From Acidimicrobiales bacterium (GTDB lineage: Bacteria > Actinomycetota > Acidimicrobiia > Acidimicrobiales > SHLQ01), in NCBI GenBank assembly GCA_020629375.1, contig JAHDDK010000005.1, forward strand, positions 23,910 through 87,909: a stretch of DNA of 64,000 nucleotides, read 5' to 3'. The notes under the pieces were generated by a model. The model did no database searches. It was not told the origin of the DNA and saw only the letters and a program-made list of their open reading frames with translations. Position numbers and translations under genes: made by a program. Each line of letters starts with the position of its first letter. Position 1 is the stretch's first letter. Positions 55,827 to 64,000 of this stretch are shown one piece after another.

Positions 55827-58277
55827 GTGGCCCTTCCCGAATCTGCCCGAGTCGTCATCGTTGGCGGCGGCATCAACGGCGCCAGCCTGCTCTACCACCT
55901 CGCGCACGAGGGCTGGACCGACACCGTCCTGATCGAAAAGGCTGAGCTGACGTCGGGCTCCACGTGGCACGCCGCCGGGCAGGTCACCCACTCGGTGTCG
56001 AGCTACACCCTTGCCTCGATCCGCAAATACAGCTGCGAGTTGTATGCGAGCCTCGAAGCCGAATCGGGCGTGGCGACAACGTGGCACAAGAGCGGCAGCT
56101 ACCGGGTCGCCTACAACGCAACCGAGGTCGACTGGCTCCGCAGCCAGGTCGGCGTGGCCGAGTACGTCGGCAACGAAATGGAGTGGGTCGACAACACCCA
56201 CATCGCGGCGCGCCACCCGTTCTACGAAGTCGACGAGATCATCGGGGCGATCTGGACCCCCAACGATGGTCACGTCGACCCGACCGGCGCCACCAATGCC
56301 ATGGTCGCCGTCGCCCGCGCAAAGGGCGCACAGATCAGTCGCCGCAACCGCGTGCTCGACATCAACCGGCGCACCGACGGGAGCTTCGACGTCGTCACCG
56401 AGCACGGCACGGTGCATGCCGAGCACGTCGTCAACGCCGCCGGCTGTTACGCCCACCAGGTGGCGGCCATGGTCGGACTGTCGGTCCCGATGGCGAACGC
56501 CCTGCACAGCTACTTGGTCACCGACACCGTCCCCGAGTTCGCTGACCTCACCGAAGAACTTCCCGTCGTCCGCGACGACTACCTGTCCGGCTACGTGCGT
56601 CAAGAACAACAGTCCGGCCTGATCGGCATCTACGAGCAGTCCAACGCCGAAGCAGCCTGGCACGACGGGCCGAGCTGGGATCTCGAGAATCCCCTCTTCC
56701 CCGCCGACTACGACCGGATCGGCTTCTGGCTCGAACGGGCATTCGAACGGGTCCCCCTGCTCGCCGATCACGGCATCAAGTCCGTGATCCGAGGCGCGAT
56801 CGCCCACACCCCCGACGGCGAGCCCCTGCTCGGACCGTCCGGGCTCCGCAACTTCTGGCAGATGGCCGGCATCCAGGTCGGCATCGCCGATGGACCCGGC
56901 CTCGGCCGCGAACTCGCCCGCTGGATGGTGCACGGCGAAACCGCTCTCTCCATGCGCGGCTACGACGCCCGTCGCTTCGGCTTCGTCCCCCCCGACGACG
57001 CCATGCGGTACGGCCGGATCAAAGGCACCGAGGACTACGAGTACCGTCACCAGACCCCGGTGCCTGGCCTCGAACACCACGAGCTGCGGCCCTACAAGAG
57101 CACGCCGCTCTATGAGCGGTTCAAAGACAAGGGCGCCGTGTTCACCCAGGTATACGGCTGGGAACGCCCCAAGTGGTACCCGACCGTCGAGGGGCTCCCC
57201 CAAGAAGACGTCGTCGCGTTCCGCCACACCGACTGGTTCCCGGTTGCGGCCGAAGAGTCGAAGGCCTTGCGCTCGGGAGTCGGCCTGCTCGACTCGACCG
57301 CCTTCGCCAAGTTCGAAATCGTCGGACCCGATGCGGCAGCGGCGCTCGATGCCATGAGCACCAACACGATCCCCGCCGTCGGCCGGATCAACCTCACCTA
57401 CCTTCTCACCCCCACCGGACGGATCGAAGGCGAGCTCACCGTGACCCGGGTGGCTGAGGATCGGCTCTACCTGGTCGGCGCGGCCGTCGCCGAGCAGCTC
57501 TTCCGCGAGTACTTCGAGACGCATTGGCCGGCCGACCTCGACGCAGAGCTGCACGTCGTCTCCGACGACTGGGGGGTGCTGGCCGTTGCTGGCCCCAACT
57601 CGCGTGCTCTGCTCCAGAAAATCACCGACGCCGATCTCTCCAACGACGCCTTCCGCTGGCTTCGGGTGCACGACATCGAGATCGCCGGCGTCACGGTGCG
57701 TGCGATGCGCGTCGGCTTCGTCGGCGAGCTCGGCTGGGAACTGCATTGCCCGATCGACCAGATCGGCGAGGTGTACGACGCCGTCTGGGAGGCCGGCCAG
57801 GACCTTGGCGTCCGAAACGTTGGCAACCACGCCCTCGACGGACTCCGAATGGAGAAGGGCTACCGGATCAGTCGTGACCTCACCCACGACGTCAACCCGG
57901 ACGAAGCAGGTCTTCTGCCGTTCATCAAGATCGACAAGGGCGACTTCGTCGGCCGCGACGCCCTCCTCGCGCGTCGAGCCCGAGCCGAGTCCGGCGAAGA
58001 GCCCTACCGGTGGAAGCTCGCCTACCTCGCCGTCGACACTGACGTGTCCGAGGTCCACGGCTCCGACGCCGTGTACCGCGACGGACAGATCTGTGGGCTC
58101 ATCACAACCGGCGACTACGGACACACCGTCGAGCAGGGCCTCGCGTTCGCCTACCTGTCCCCTGCCGATGCCGAGCCTGGGACCGAGCTCGAAGTCCGGG
58201 TCGTCGGCGATCTCAAGCCCGCGCGAGTGCTGGCTGAGGCGATCTACGACCCGAGTAACACGCGTCTGAAGAGCTGA
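55827..58277 (+). CDS. FAD-dependent oxidoreductase with GcvT domain (dimethylglycine/sarcosine dehydrogenase-like)
   Basis: GTG after GAGAGG RBS; VVIVGGGING, LTSGSTWHAAG, DGHVDP, GWERPKW, GELGWELH, LRMEKGY. Confidence 0.92.
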   Translation: MALPESARVVIVGGGINGASLLYHLAHEGWTDTVLIEKAELTSGSTWHAAGQVTHSVSSYTLASIRKYSCELYASLEAESGVATTWHKSGSYRVAYNATEVDWLRSQVGVAEYVGNEMEWVDNTHIAARHPFYEVDEIIGAIWTPNDGHVDPTGATNAMVAVARAKGAQISRRNRVLDINRRTDGSFDVVTEHGTVHAEHVVNAAGCYAHQVAAMVGLSVPMANALHSYLVTDTVPEFADLTEELPVVRDDYLSGYVRQEQQSGLIGIYEQSNAEAAWHDGPSWDLENPLFPADYDRIGFWLERAFERVPLLADHGIKSVIRGAIAHTPDGEPLLGPSGLRNFWQMAGIQVGIADGPGLGRELARWMVHGETALSMRGYDARRFGFVPPDDAMRYGRIKGTEDYEYRHQTPVPGLEHHELRPYKSTPLYERFKDKGAVFTQVYGWERPKWYPTVEGLPQEDVVAFRHTDWFPVAAEESKALRSGVGLLDSTAFAKFEIVGPDAAAALDAMSTNTIPAVGRINLTYLLTPTGRIEGELTVTRVAEDRLYLVGAAVAEQLFREYFETHWPADLDAELHVVSDDWGVLAVAGPNSRALLQKITDADLSNDAFRWLRVHDIEIAGVTVRAMRVGFVGELGWELHCPIDQIGEVYDAVWEAGQDLGVRNVGNHALDGLRMEKGYRISRDLTHDVNPDEAGLLPFIKIDKGDFVGRDALLARRARAESGEEPYRWKLAYLAVDTDVSEVHGSDAVYRDGQICGLITTGDYGHTVEQGLAFAYLSPADAEPGTELEVRVVGDLKPARVLAEAIYDPSNTRLKS

Positions 58278-58295
58278 TTGATTCGACGTTCGGCT

Positions 58296-59873
58296 TCAGG
58301 TCGTACCCGAGTCCACCGGGACCGCGAGTACATCCACCAGCCGAAAGGGACGAACGCCCGATTGGGTGGCGCTGCGATCGGTTTCGTGCTCGTGGCGCCG
58401 CGCACGGGCAATCGCGCGGGCAACGACGTCGGCATCGTGGGCACGAATCCCGATCGGGCTGATCCGCTGGGGCGCCTGATCACCGATGCGCAGATCGGCA
58501 TGACCGAGCGGGTCGATGAGCACGTGGAGCTCGCCCTCGGGCACGACGCCTCGGGCGCTCGTGGACAACGATTCGTCGATGATGATCAGGCGCCGCGTGA
58601 TTGACAGTTCATCGGGCGGGGGCACCAGCCCATCAGCAATGGCGAATCGAATGGGGCCACGCCCGGATGGGCTCTCACGGACGAGCCACTTCGCCCAGTC
58701 CCAGTAGTCGTGGCGATCGTCAGCAATACCAAAGACGGCGCCTGCGTCCGGATCGTCCCAGAGCGCCCGAAGAACCACGGCAGAGACCCATTGGCGAGCG
58801 AGACCCTTCGATCCACCTACCCGAATCATCCCCGGATGCTCGATCGAGATCGGGACGTCGTGCAGCCGGCCGACCTCGTCGACCACCTCGAGAACCCGTG
58901 GCTCCGGTGCCTTCTCGTAGCTCAGTGCCGGTTGCCAAGGCTCCTCTCCGTACCCGACGAAGAGTCGCCGGGCGGACATCTCGCCAAGTCCGTGGCGGCG
59001 TCTCGGCAGCGACCCTGACTGGGCGAGACGCACCATGCCCGGCACGGAGAGTTCGCCACCACGTAGCCGGGTGGCCTCTCGCTCCGCTTGGGCCGAGAGC
59101 TCGGCGCGGAATCGGTCGAGCCGACGGCTCTTCTCGACCTCTTGACGCAGGAGTCGCATGCGTCGGGCATCTCGTTCGTCGAGGTAGGTGACGATCGCGG
59201 CAAAGAACGCGATGACCGCTGCTGCAAGCAGGATGGGTTTCCACGCCAGCCCAACCGCAATCATCGCAAGGCCAAGAACGACGAAGACGACCGAGGTCCA
59301 TTTCCGGTCGGGAGGGCCGAGGTCGAGGCTCGGGATCCGAATCTTCGGCGACGCCGTCGCAGGGAGCGGACGTCCGGCGTCACGAATCGTGTACCGGTCG
59401 CTCGCCGTCGCGATCGCCGACGAGCCGAGCGTGACCCGATCATCCACCATCGTCGGGCCGACCCGAAGGGCATCGTGGCGCTTGACCACCTCGACGGCGC
59501 CATCGGCACGCACGTCGACGCCGAACGTCTTTCGGTTCGTGGTCGATCGCGGCGACACATTGTCCGTACGCCCGACGCGGAGGTCGATCGATTCGGTGGC
59601 CGGCAGACCACCGATGTGATCCAACCACGCAACGGCATCGCCTGATGACTCCTTCTCCTCGAGCTCGATTGTGACGCCGTCGATCAGGTGCAGGTCGGTC
59701 AGTAGCGTCTCCGCTCCCACCGCCCGCTCGCTCAACACGCCCAGGCGGAGCAACGCCGGGAGATCGACGTCGAGAAGATCGGCCAAATCAGCAACGGTCG
59801 CCTCCGGCGCGATGACGAGCTCGAGCGACTCCGGGTCGTCCTCGAATTCGACGTGTAGGCGGATGACGTGCAT
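58296..59873 (-). CDS. EccC/EssC (FtsK-SpoIIIE)-like N-terminal region protein lacking ATPase domains
   Basis: Ubiquitin-like start (ATVADLADLL), beta-rich FHA-like part, 2 TM, DVPISI...VGG...ARQWV...WDWAKWL; no Walker A. Confidence 0.5.
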   Translation of the reverse strand: MHVIRLHVEFEDDPESLELVIAPEATVADLADLLDVDLPALLRLGVLSERAVGAETLLTDLHLIDGVTIELEEKESSGDAVAWLDHIGGLPATESIDLRVGRTDNVSPRSTTNRKTFGVDVRADGAVEVVKRHDALRVGPTMVDDRVTLGSSAIATASDRYTIRDAGRPLPATASPKIRIPSLDLGPPDRKWTSVVFVVLGLAMIAVGLAWKPILLAAAVIAFFAAIVTYLDERDARRMRLLRQEVEKSRRLDRFRAELSAQAEREATRLRGGELSVPGMVRLAQSGSLPRRRHGLGEMSARRLFVGYGEEPWQPALSYEKAPEPRVLEVVDEVGRLHDVPISIEHPGMIRVGGSKGLARQWVSAVVLRALWDDPDAGAVFGIADDRHDYWDWAKWLVRESPSGRGPIRFAIADGLVPPPDELSITRRLIIIDESLSTSARGVVPEGELHVLIDPLGHADLRIGDQAPQRISPIGIRAHDADVVARAIARARRHEHETDRSATQSGVRPFRLVDVLAVPVDSGTT

Positions 59874-61123
59874 CACAACACGCCCTGCTCTCGGAGCCGA
59901 GCGATCTCGTTCGGGTCGAGATCGAGGACGCCCGTCAGTACGTCGTCGGTGTCCTCGCCGAGAGTCGGCGGGGCATTTCGGTATCGGATCGGGCTCGCCG
60001 AGAGATGCAACGGGTTGGCGATTCCGGGTGCCGACCCCGCCGTCTCGTGGGGGAGGTCGATCCGTCCGCCCCGGTGCTTGATCTGCGGCTCGTCGAACGC
60101 CTGCGCGAGATCATTCACCGTGGCCGCCGGGACGCCCAGGCGCGGAAGAGCCGTGAGGAGGTCGGCCGTGGAGTGGACCGACAGTGCGGAGGTGAGCAGC
60201 GCTGCCAGCTCCTCCCGATTGGTGTTGCGATCGGGGTTGGTGGTGAACCGAGGGTCCGACGCGAGCTCGCCAAGGCCAACGAACTCGACGAGCGCGGCGA
60301 ATTGGCGATCGTTTCCGACCGCGATGATGACCCGGCCGTCGGCAACGTCGAACGGCTGATACGGCGCCAGATTGGGGTGCCATTCGCCGCTGCGTGTCGG
60401 AGGCGTCCCGCCGACGAGATAGTTGAGCCCTTGATTGACCATGAACGCGAGTTGGCTGTCGAGCAGTGCCACGTCGACGTGCTGGCCCTCGCCGGTCCGA
60501 TCTCGGTGCCGCAACGCCGCCAGGATGCCGACCGTCGCATACATGCCGGTTGCTTGATCGGCGATGGCGACTCCCGCCCGGAGCGGGCCGGCGCCCGGCT
60601 CGCCATCGGCGCGTCCGGTGACGCTCATCATGCCGCCCATCGCCTGCGCGAGGTAGTCATAGCCGGGTTGCTCCGCCATCGGACCGTCCTGCCCGAAGCC
60701 GGTGATCGATGCGTAGATCACGTCTGGGCGCACCGCTCGGATGTCGTCGTACCCGAGCCACTTCTTCGAGAGCGCGCCAACCTTGAAGTTCTCGACGAAC
60801 ACGTCGCACTCGACGGCGAGGCGTCGGACGAGGTCGATCCCCGCGCGTTGGGAGAGGTCGACGGTGACCGATCGCTTCCCGCGGTTCGCGCTCAGGTAGT
60901 ACGAGGACTCAGAGGTCTCGTTGCCATCTTCGTCTCGTAGCCATGGAGGACCCCACTGGCGGGTCTCATCACCCGCGCCCGGGCGTTCGATCTTGATGAC
61001 GTCGGCGCCCAGATCGGCAAGCAGTTGTGTGCAGACCGGGCCGGCCAGCACGCGCGACAGGTCGAGCACTCGAATGCCGTCGAGCGCGCCAGCTCTCGGC
61101 TCCGACCGCCCGTCGTTGGCCAC
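59873..61123 (-). CDS. CaiB/BaiF family III CoA-transferase
   Basis: LDGIRVLDLSRVLAGP, ADVIKIERPG, NRGKRSV, ENFKVG, SITGFGQDGP, GYD. Confidence 0.93.
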   Translation of the reverse strand: MANDGRSEPRAGALDGIRVLDLSRVLAGPVCTQLLADLGADVIKIERPGAGDETRQWGPPWLRDEDGNETSESSYYLSANRGKRSVTVDLSQRAGIDLVRRLAVECDVFVENFKVGALSKKWLGYDDIRAVRPDVIYASITGFGQDGPMAEQPGYDYLAQAMGGMMSVTGRADGEPGAGPLRAGVAIADQATGMYATVGILAALRHRDRTGEGQHVDVALLDSQLAFMVNQGLNYLVGGTPPTRSGEWHPNLAPYQPFDVADGRVIIAVGNDRQFAALVEFVGLGELASDPRFTTNPDRNTNREELAALLTSALSVHSTADLLTALPRLGVPAATVNDLAQAFDEPQIKHRGGRIDLPHETAGSAPGIANPLHLSASPIRYRNAPPTLGEDTDDVLTGVLDLDPNEIARLREQGVL

Positions 61124-61213
61124 GAGTCGCAGGGTACATCGCAGCCGTCGCCCCGTCGTGGGCAATCCGCCACCTGCGAAAGATGCCGAGTGATCGCGCC
61201 GTAGGTTGTCGGA

Positions 61214-62689
61214 ATGAGGTTTCGATCCGCCGTTCTCGCGCTCGGGCTCGCCGTCCTATCGGCATGCGGCTCCGGGAGCACCGACCCCGCAGCCACGTCC
61301 GCCGAATCACCCGAGAGCTCCGACCCGACTGCCGCCACGACATCGACTCTCGAGTCGGCGACGATCTCTTTCGGCGACGACGTGATCCCGGTGATCTCCG
61401 ACAACTGCGCCTCGTGCCACACCGGCGACGGCCCCGGAACCACGCACCTCGACATGGCGACGGCTGAGTCGTTCGACGGGATCGCCGAGTTCATTGGCTT
61501 CAAGGTGTCCGAAGGAGAAATGCCACCCTGGCCGGCGACGAACGGCAGCGAGATCGACTTCTTGTGGGACCTGTCGCTGAGCGATGACGAACGCGACACC
61601 ATCCTCGGCTGGGTGTCCGAAGGCGGGCTGATCGACGTCGACCCGTCGACGCCGATCCCGGCGACAGAGCCGAGCTTTCCGCCGGTCGAAGCCGACTTGG
61701 TGGTCGCTGCCGACGAGCCCTACGCGGGCGAGCCCGGCCTGATCGACGACTACCGGTGTCGCATTCTCGAGCTCGGCACGACCGAGACAGAGTGGATTCG
61801 GGCGCTCGATGTCCGACCCGATGTGCGAGAGGTTTTGCACCACGGCGTGTTCTTCCTTGCCGATGCCGACACGATCGAGGACGCTCGGGCCCAAGCCGCC
61901 GAGGACGGTCGGCCCGGTTGGCAGTGCCAGACGGTGCCGCGCATCGGCCGGTCGAGCGCGTTCCAAATCACCGCGTGGGCGCCGGGCACGGGTCCGATGG
62001 TGCTGCCCGAGGGCGCGGGCATACGTGTCGAGCCTGGCGACTACCTGATCGCCCAGTGGCACTACCACTACGACGGCGAGATCCCAGCCGACAACTCTGC
62101 GGTCGCCGTCGAGTTCTGGGACGCCGCGGCGGTCGAGACATCTGGTGGGCAGCTCGACCAGGTGTGGAATCAGGTTCTCCTCGGACCGGTCGAGATCCCG
62201 TGTGCCGAGTGGGAAGAGGGTCCGCTTTGCAGCCGAACAGCAGCCGTGGCGCGGATCCAAGAGGAGTTCGGTTTCGAATCGACGTTGATCCCCCAGTTCG
62301 TCAATGCCGGTTGCGGAGTGGAACCGGACGACTTCGCGGCCTTCACTCAGGGCACCGCATCGTCGACGTGCGATATCACCGTCGATGGCGGCGAGGTCGT
62401 GTCGCTCTGGCCGCACATGCATGAGCTCGGCACGACGTACCGCATGACGCTCAATCCCGACACTCCGGACGAGCGGATCCTGCTCGAGATCGACCGGTGG
62501 GACTTCGACTGGCAGATGGGCTATTACCCCACCGAGCCGTTGATACTCGCCGACGGCGACGTCGTTCGGGTCGAATGCGGCTGGGATCGATCCCTCTGGC
62601 CAGCCGGTCTCGAACCCCGGTATGTGGTGTGGGCCGAGGGCACGCAGGACGAAATGTGCTACTCGATCATCACGACCCGAGCGTCCTGA
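61214..62689 (+). CDS. Lipoprotein: cytochrome c domain fused to copper type II ascorbate-dependent monooxygenase domains
   Basis: Lipobox VLSAC; CASCH...MPPW; VLHHGV, QWHYHY, PHMHELG, WDFDWQ, DEMC. Confidence 0.82.
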   Translation: MRFRSAVLALGLAVLSACGSGSTDPAATSAESPESSDPTAATTSTLESATISFGDDVIPVISDNCASCHTGDGPGTTHLDMATAESFDGIAEFIGFKVSEGEMPPWPATNGSEIDFLWDLSLSDDERDTILGWVSEGGLIDVDPSTPIPATEPSFPPVEADLVVAADEPYAGEPGLIDDYRCRILELGTTETEWIRALDVRPDVREVLHHGVFFLADADTIEDARAQAAEDGRPGWQCQTVPRIGRSSAFQITAWAPGTGPMVLPEGAGIRVEPGDYLIAQWHYHYDGEIPADNSAVAVEFWDAAAVETSGGQLDQVWNQVLLGPVEIPCAEWEEGPLCSRTAAVARIQEEFGFESTLIPQFVNAGCGVEPDDFAAFTQGTASSTCDITVDGGEVVSLWPHMHELGTTYRMTLNPDTPDERILLEIDRWDFDWQMGYYPTEPLILADGDVVRVECGWDRSLWPAGLEPRYVVWAEGTQDEMCYSIITTRAS

Positions 62690-62693
62690 GGAA

Positions 62694-64000
62694 TCAACTC
62701 GAGCAGGAGAGCATCGAACAGCCCACTCGAGTGCGCGCCCAATCCGGCCGCTTCGATGCGTAGTGCTCGAGTCCGGGCCGTTCGGTGTAGGGGTCCCGCA
62801 TCACATCGAGGAGTTCGGCGACCTTGGAGTGGTCGCCAGCCGTCGAGGCGTCGATCGCCTCCTGCGCAAGCCAGTTGCGCATCACGTAGATCGGATTGGC
62901 GGCGTTCATCGTCTCGGCTCGCAGACCGTCCCCCGTCCCTTCGCTGCGGGTCCGAGCTGCGTAGTTGTCGAGCCATCGATGCCAGCGGTTCCGCACGTCG
63001 TCGCCGACCGTATCCGGGTCGTAGAACGCATCGACTAGCGGCGCGAATCGGGCCTCGGTCTCTGCGGTGTCGTCGAGACGGACGTCGGCGAGTCGGCGGA
63101 ACAGGATCGTCATGTCCGTTTCGACCATCCGGAGCAGATCGAATAGCTCAATCGCAAGAGATTCATCGTCGTCGACGTCCCACGTCTGGAGCCCGAGCTT
63201 CGCTCGCACCATGTCTCCGTAGCCGTTGCGGAATCGGTCGACGTAGGCATCGATCGCTTCCTGAAGCGGATCGGCCTCGCCGACGAGCGGATGGAGTGCG
63301 TTGCCGAGCTGAGCAAGGTTCCATTGGCCGATGCCGGGCTGGTTGCCGAACCGGTAGCGACGGCCGTGGCGATCGGTCGTGTTGGGTGTCCAGTCCGGGT
63401 CGTAGTCCTCGAGCCACCCATATGGCCCGTAGTCGATCGTGAGTCCGAGGATGGAGAGGTTGTCGGTGTTCATCACGCCATGAACGAACCCCACCCGTTG
63501 CCAGTGCACGATCAGGTCGGCGGTCGACTCGACGACTCGCCGGTAGAAGGCCACGACTGTGTCCGCATCGATCTCGCCGCTCTCCGGTACGAGGTCGGCG
63601 AAATACTCCCGGATGGTGAACTCGGTGATTGCACGGAGCCCGTCGAGTTCGCCAAGCGATGCCGGCAACTCGAAGTTGCCGAATCGAATGAAGGTGGGTG
63701 CCACACGACAGACCACGGCGCCAGGTTCGAGCGCAGGGTGTCCGTCGTAGAGCAGGTCGCGCATGACCTGATCGCCGGTCAGTGCCAGGCTCAAGGCGCG
63801 GGTCGTCGGCACGCCGAGGTGATGCATGGCCTCGCTGCACAGGAACTCCCGAATCGACGACCGCAGCACCGCCAAACCGTCGGCCGACCGCGAGTACGGG
63901 GTGCGGCCGGCGCCCTTGAGTTGAAGCGTCTGTCGCGAGCCGTCTGGTGTGACCATTTCGCCGAGGTTGATCGCTCGACCGTCGCCGAGCTGGCCCGCCC
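62694..64000 (-). CDS. selO: Protein adenylyltransferase SelO/YdiU, 5'-truncated by window edge
   Basis: GQLGDGRA, QLKGAGRTPYSRSADGLAVLRSSIRE, GFVHGVMNTDN, TIDYGPY, C-terminal LSCSS. Confidence 0.95.
   Translation of the reverse strand, partial: AGQLGDGRAINLGEMVTPDGSRQTLQLKGAGRTPYSRSADGLAVLRSSIREFLCSEAMHHLGVPTTRALSLALTGDQVMRDLLYDGHPALEPGAVVCRVAPTFIRFGNFELPASLGELDGLRAITEFTIREYFADLVPESGEIDADTVVAFYRRVVESTADLIVHWQRVGFVHGVMNTDNLSILGLTIDYGPYGWLEDYDPDWTPNTTDRHGRRYRFGNQPGIGQWNLAQLGNALHPLVGEADPLQEAIDAYVDRFRNGYGDMVRAKLGLQTWDVDDDESLAIELFDLLRMVETDMTILFRRLADVRLDDTAETEARFAPLVDAFYDPDTVGDDVRNRWHRWLDNYAARTRSEGTGDGLRAETMNAANPIYVMRNWLAQEAIDASTAGDHSKVAELLDVMRDPYTERPGLEHYASKRPDWARTRVGCSMLSCSS

Noticed and set aside
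55803-58124. Long antisense or alternate-frame ORFs (e.g. 773 aa here, 35831-37711, 53553-55445, 311-1966)
   Set aside because: They are shadows of real high-GC genes on the opposite strand or frame, mostly Arg/Gly-rich with no motifs.
62694-62725. Selenocysteine at the SelO C-terminus
   Set aside because: The ORF ends GCSMLSCSS followed by TGA; the redox position is already Cys, so the TGA is a normal stop.

Overview
High-GC actinobacterial DNA, with gene content and style typical of Acidimicrobiia (inference). Housekeeping and metabolic genes lie at both ends. Left (1-20.5 kb): dxs, aroK, an F420 LLM oxidoreductase, a cyclophilin, an M20 peptidase, EamA, an esterase, CapA, a proC-like gene and a GT2+GH26 pair. 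Right (51.4-64 kb): a Rieske/GcvT/PrpD/HisC/RpiR catabolic cluster, an EccC-like fragment, a CoA-transferase, a cytochrome c-Cu monooxygenase and selO. Between them is a ~31 kb accessory locus, almost all on the minus strand. It holds three tandem paralogous giant secreted proteins (1793, 2216 and 2062 aa) with RTX-like Ca-binding repeats and shared uncharacterised domains. These are followed by a monoderm-type Tad/Flp pilus operon (cpaB, cpaE/tadZ-like, tadA, tadB, tadC, flp, 2x tadE, tadG-like, DivIVA-domain, small membrane protein, prepilin peptidase) and a large ATP-binding LuxR (LAL) regulator. The key observation is a 16-bp palindrome, (A/C)GGT(A/T)C-N4-G(T/G)ACC(T/G), located 24-25 nt upstream of the ATG of each giant gene and of the first tad gene. 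This suggests one co-regulated, apparently undescribed surface apparatus (Tad pilus plus giant RTX-like adhesins/effectors). I saw no rRNA, tRNA, CRISPR array, integrase or transposase. All assignments come from motifs read by eye; no searches were run.
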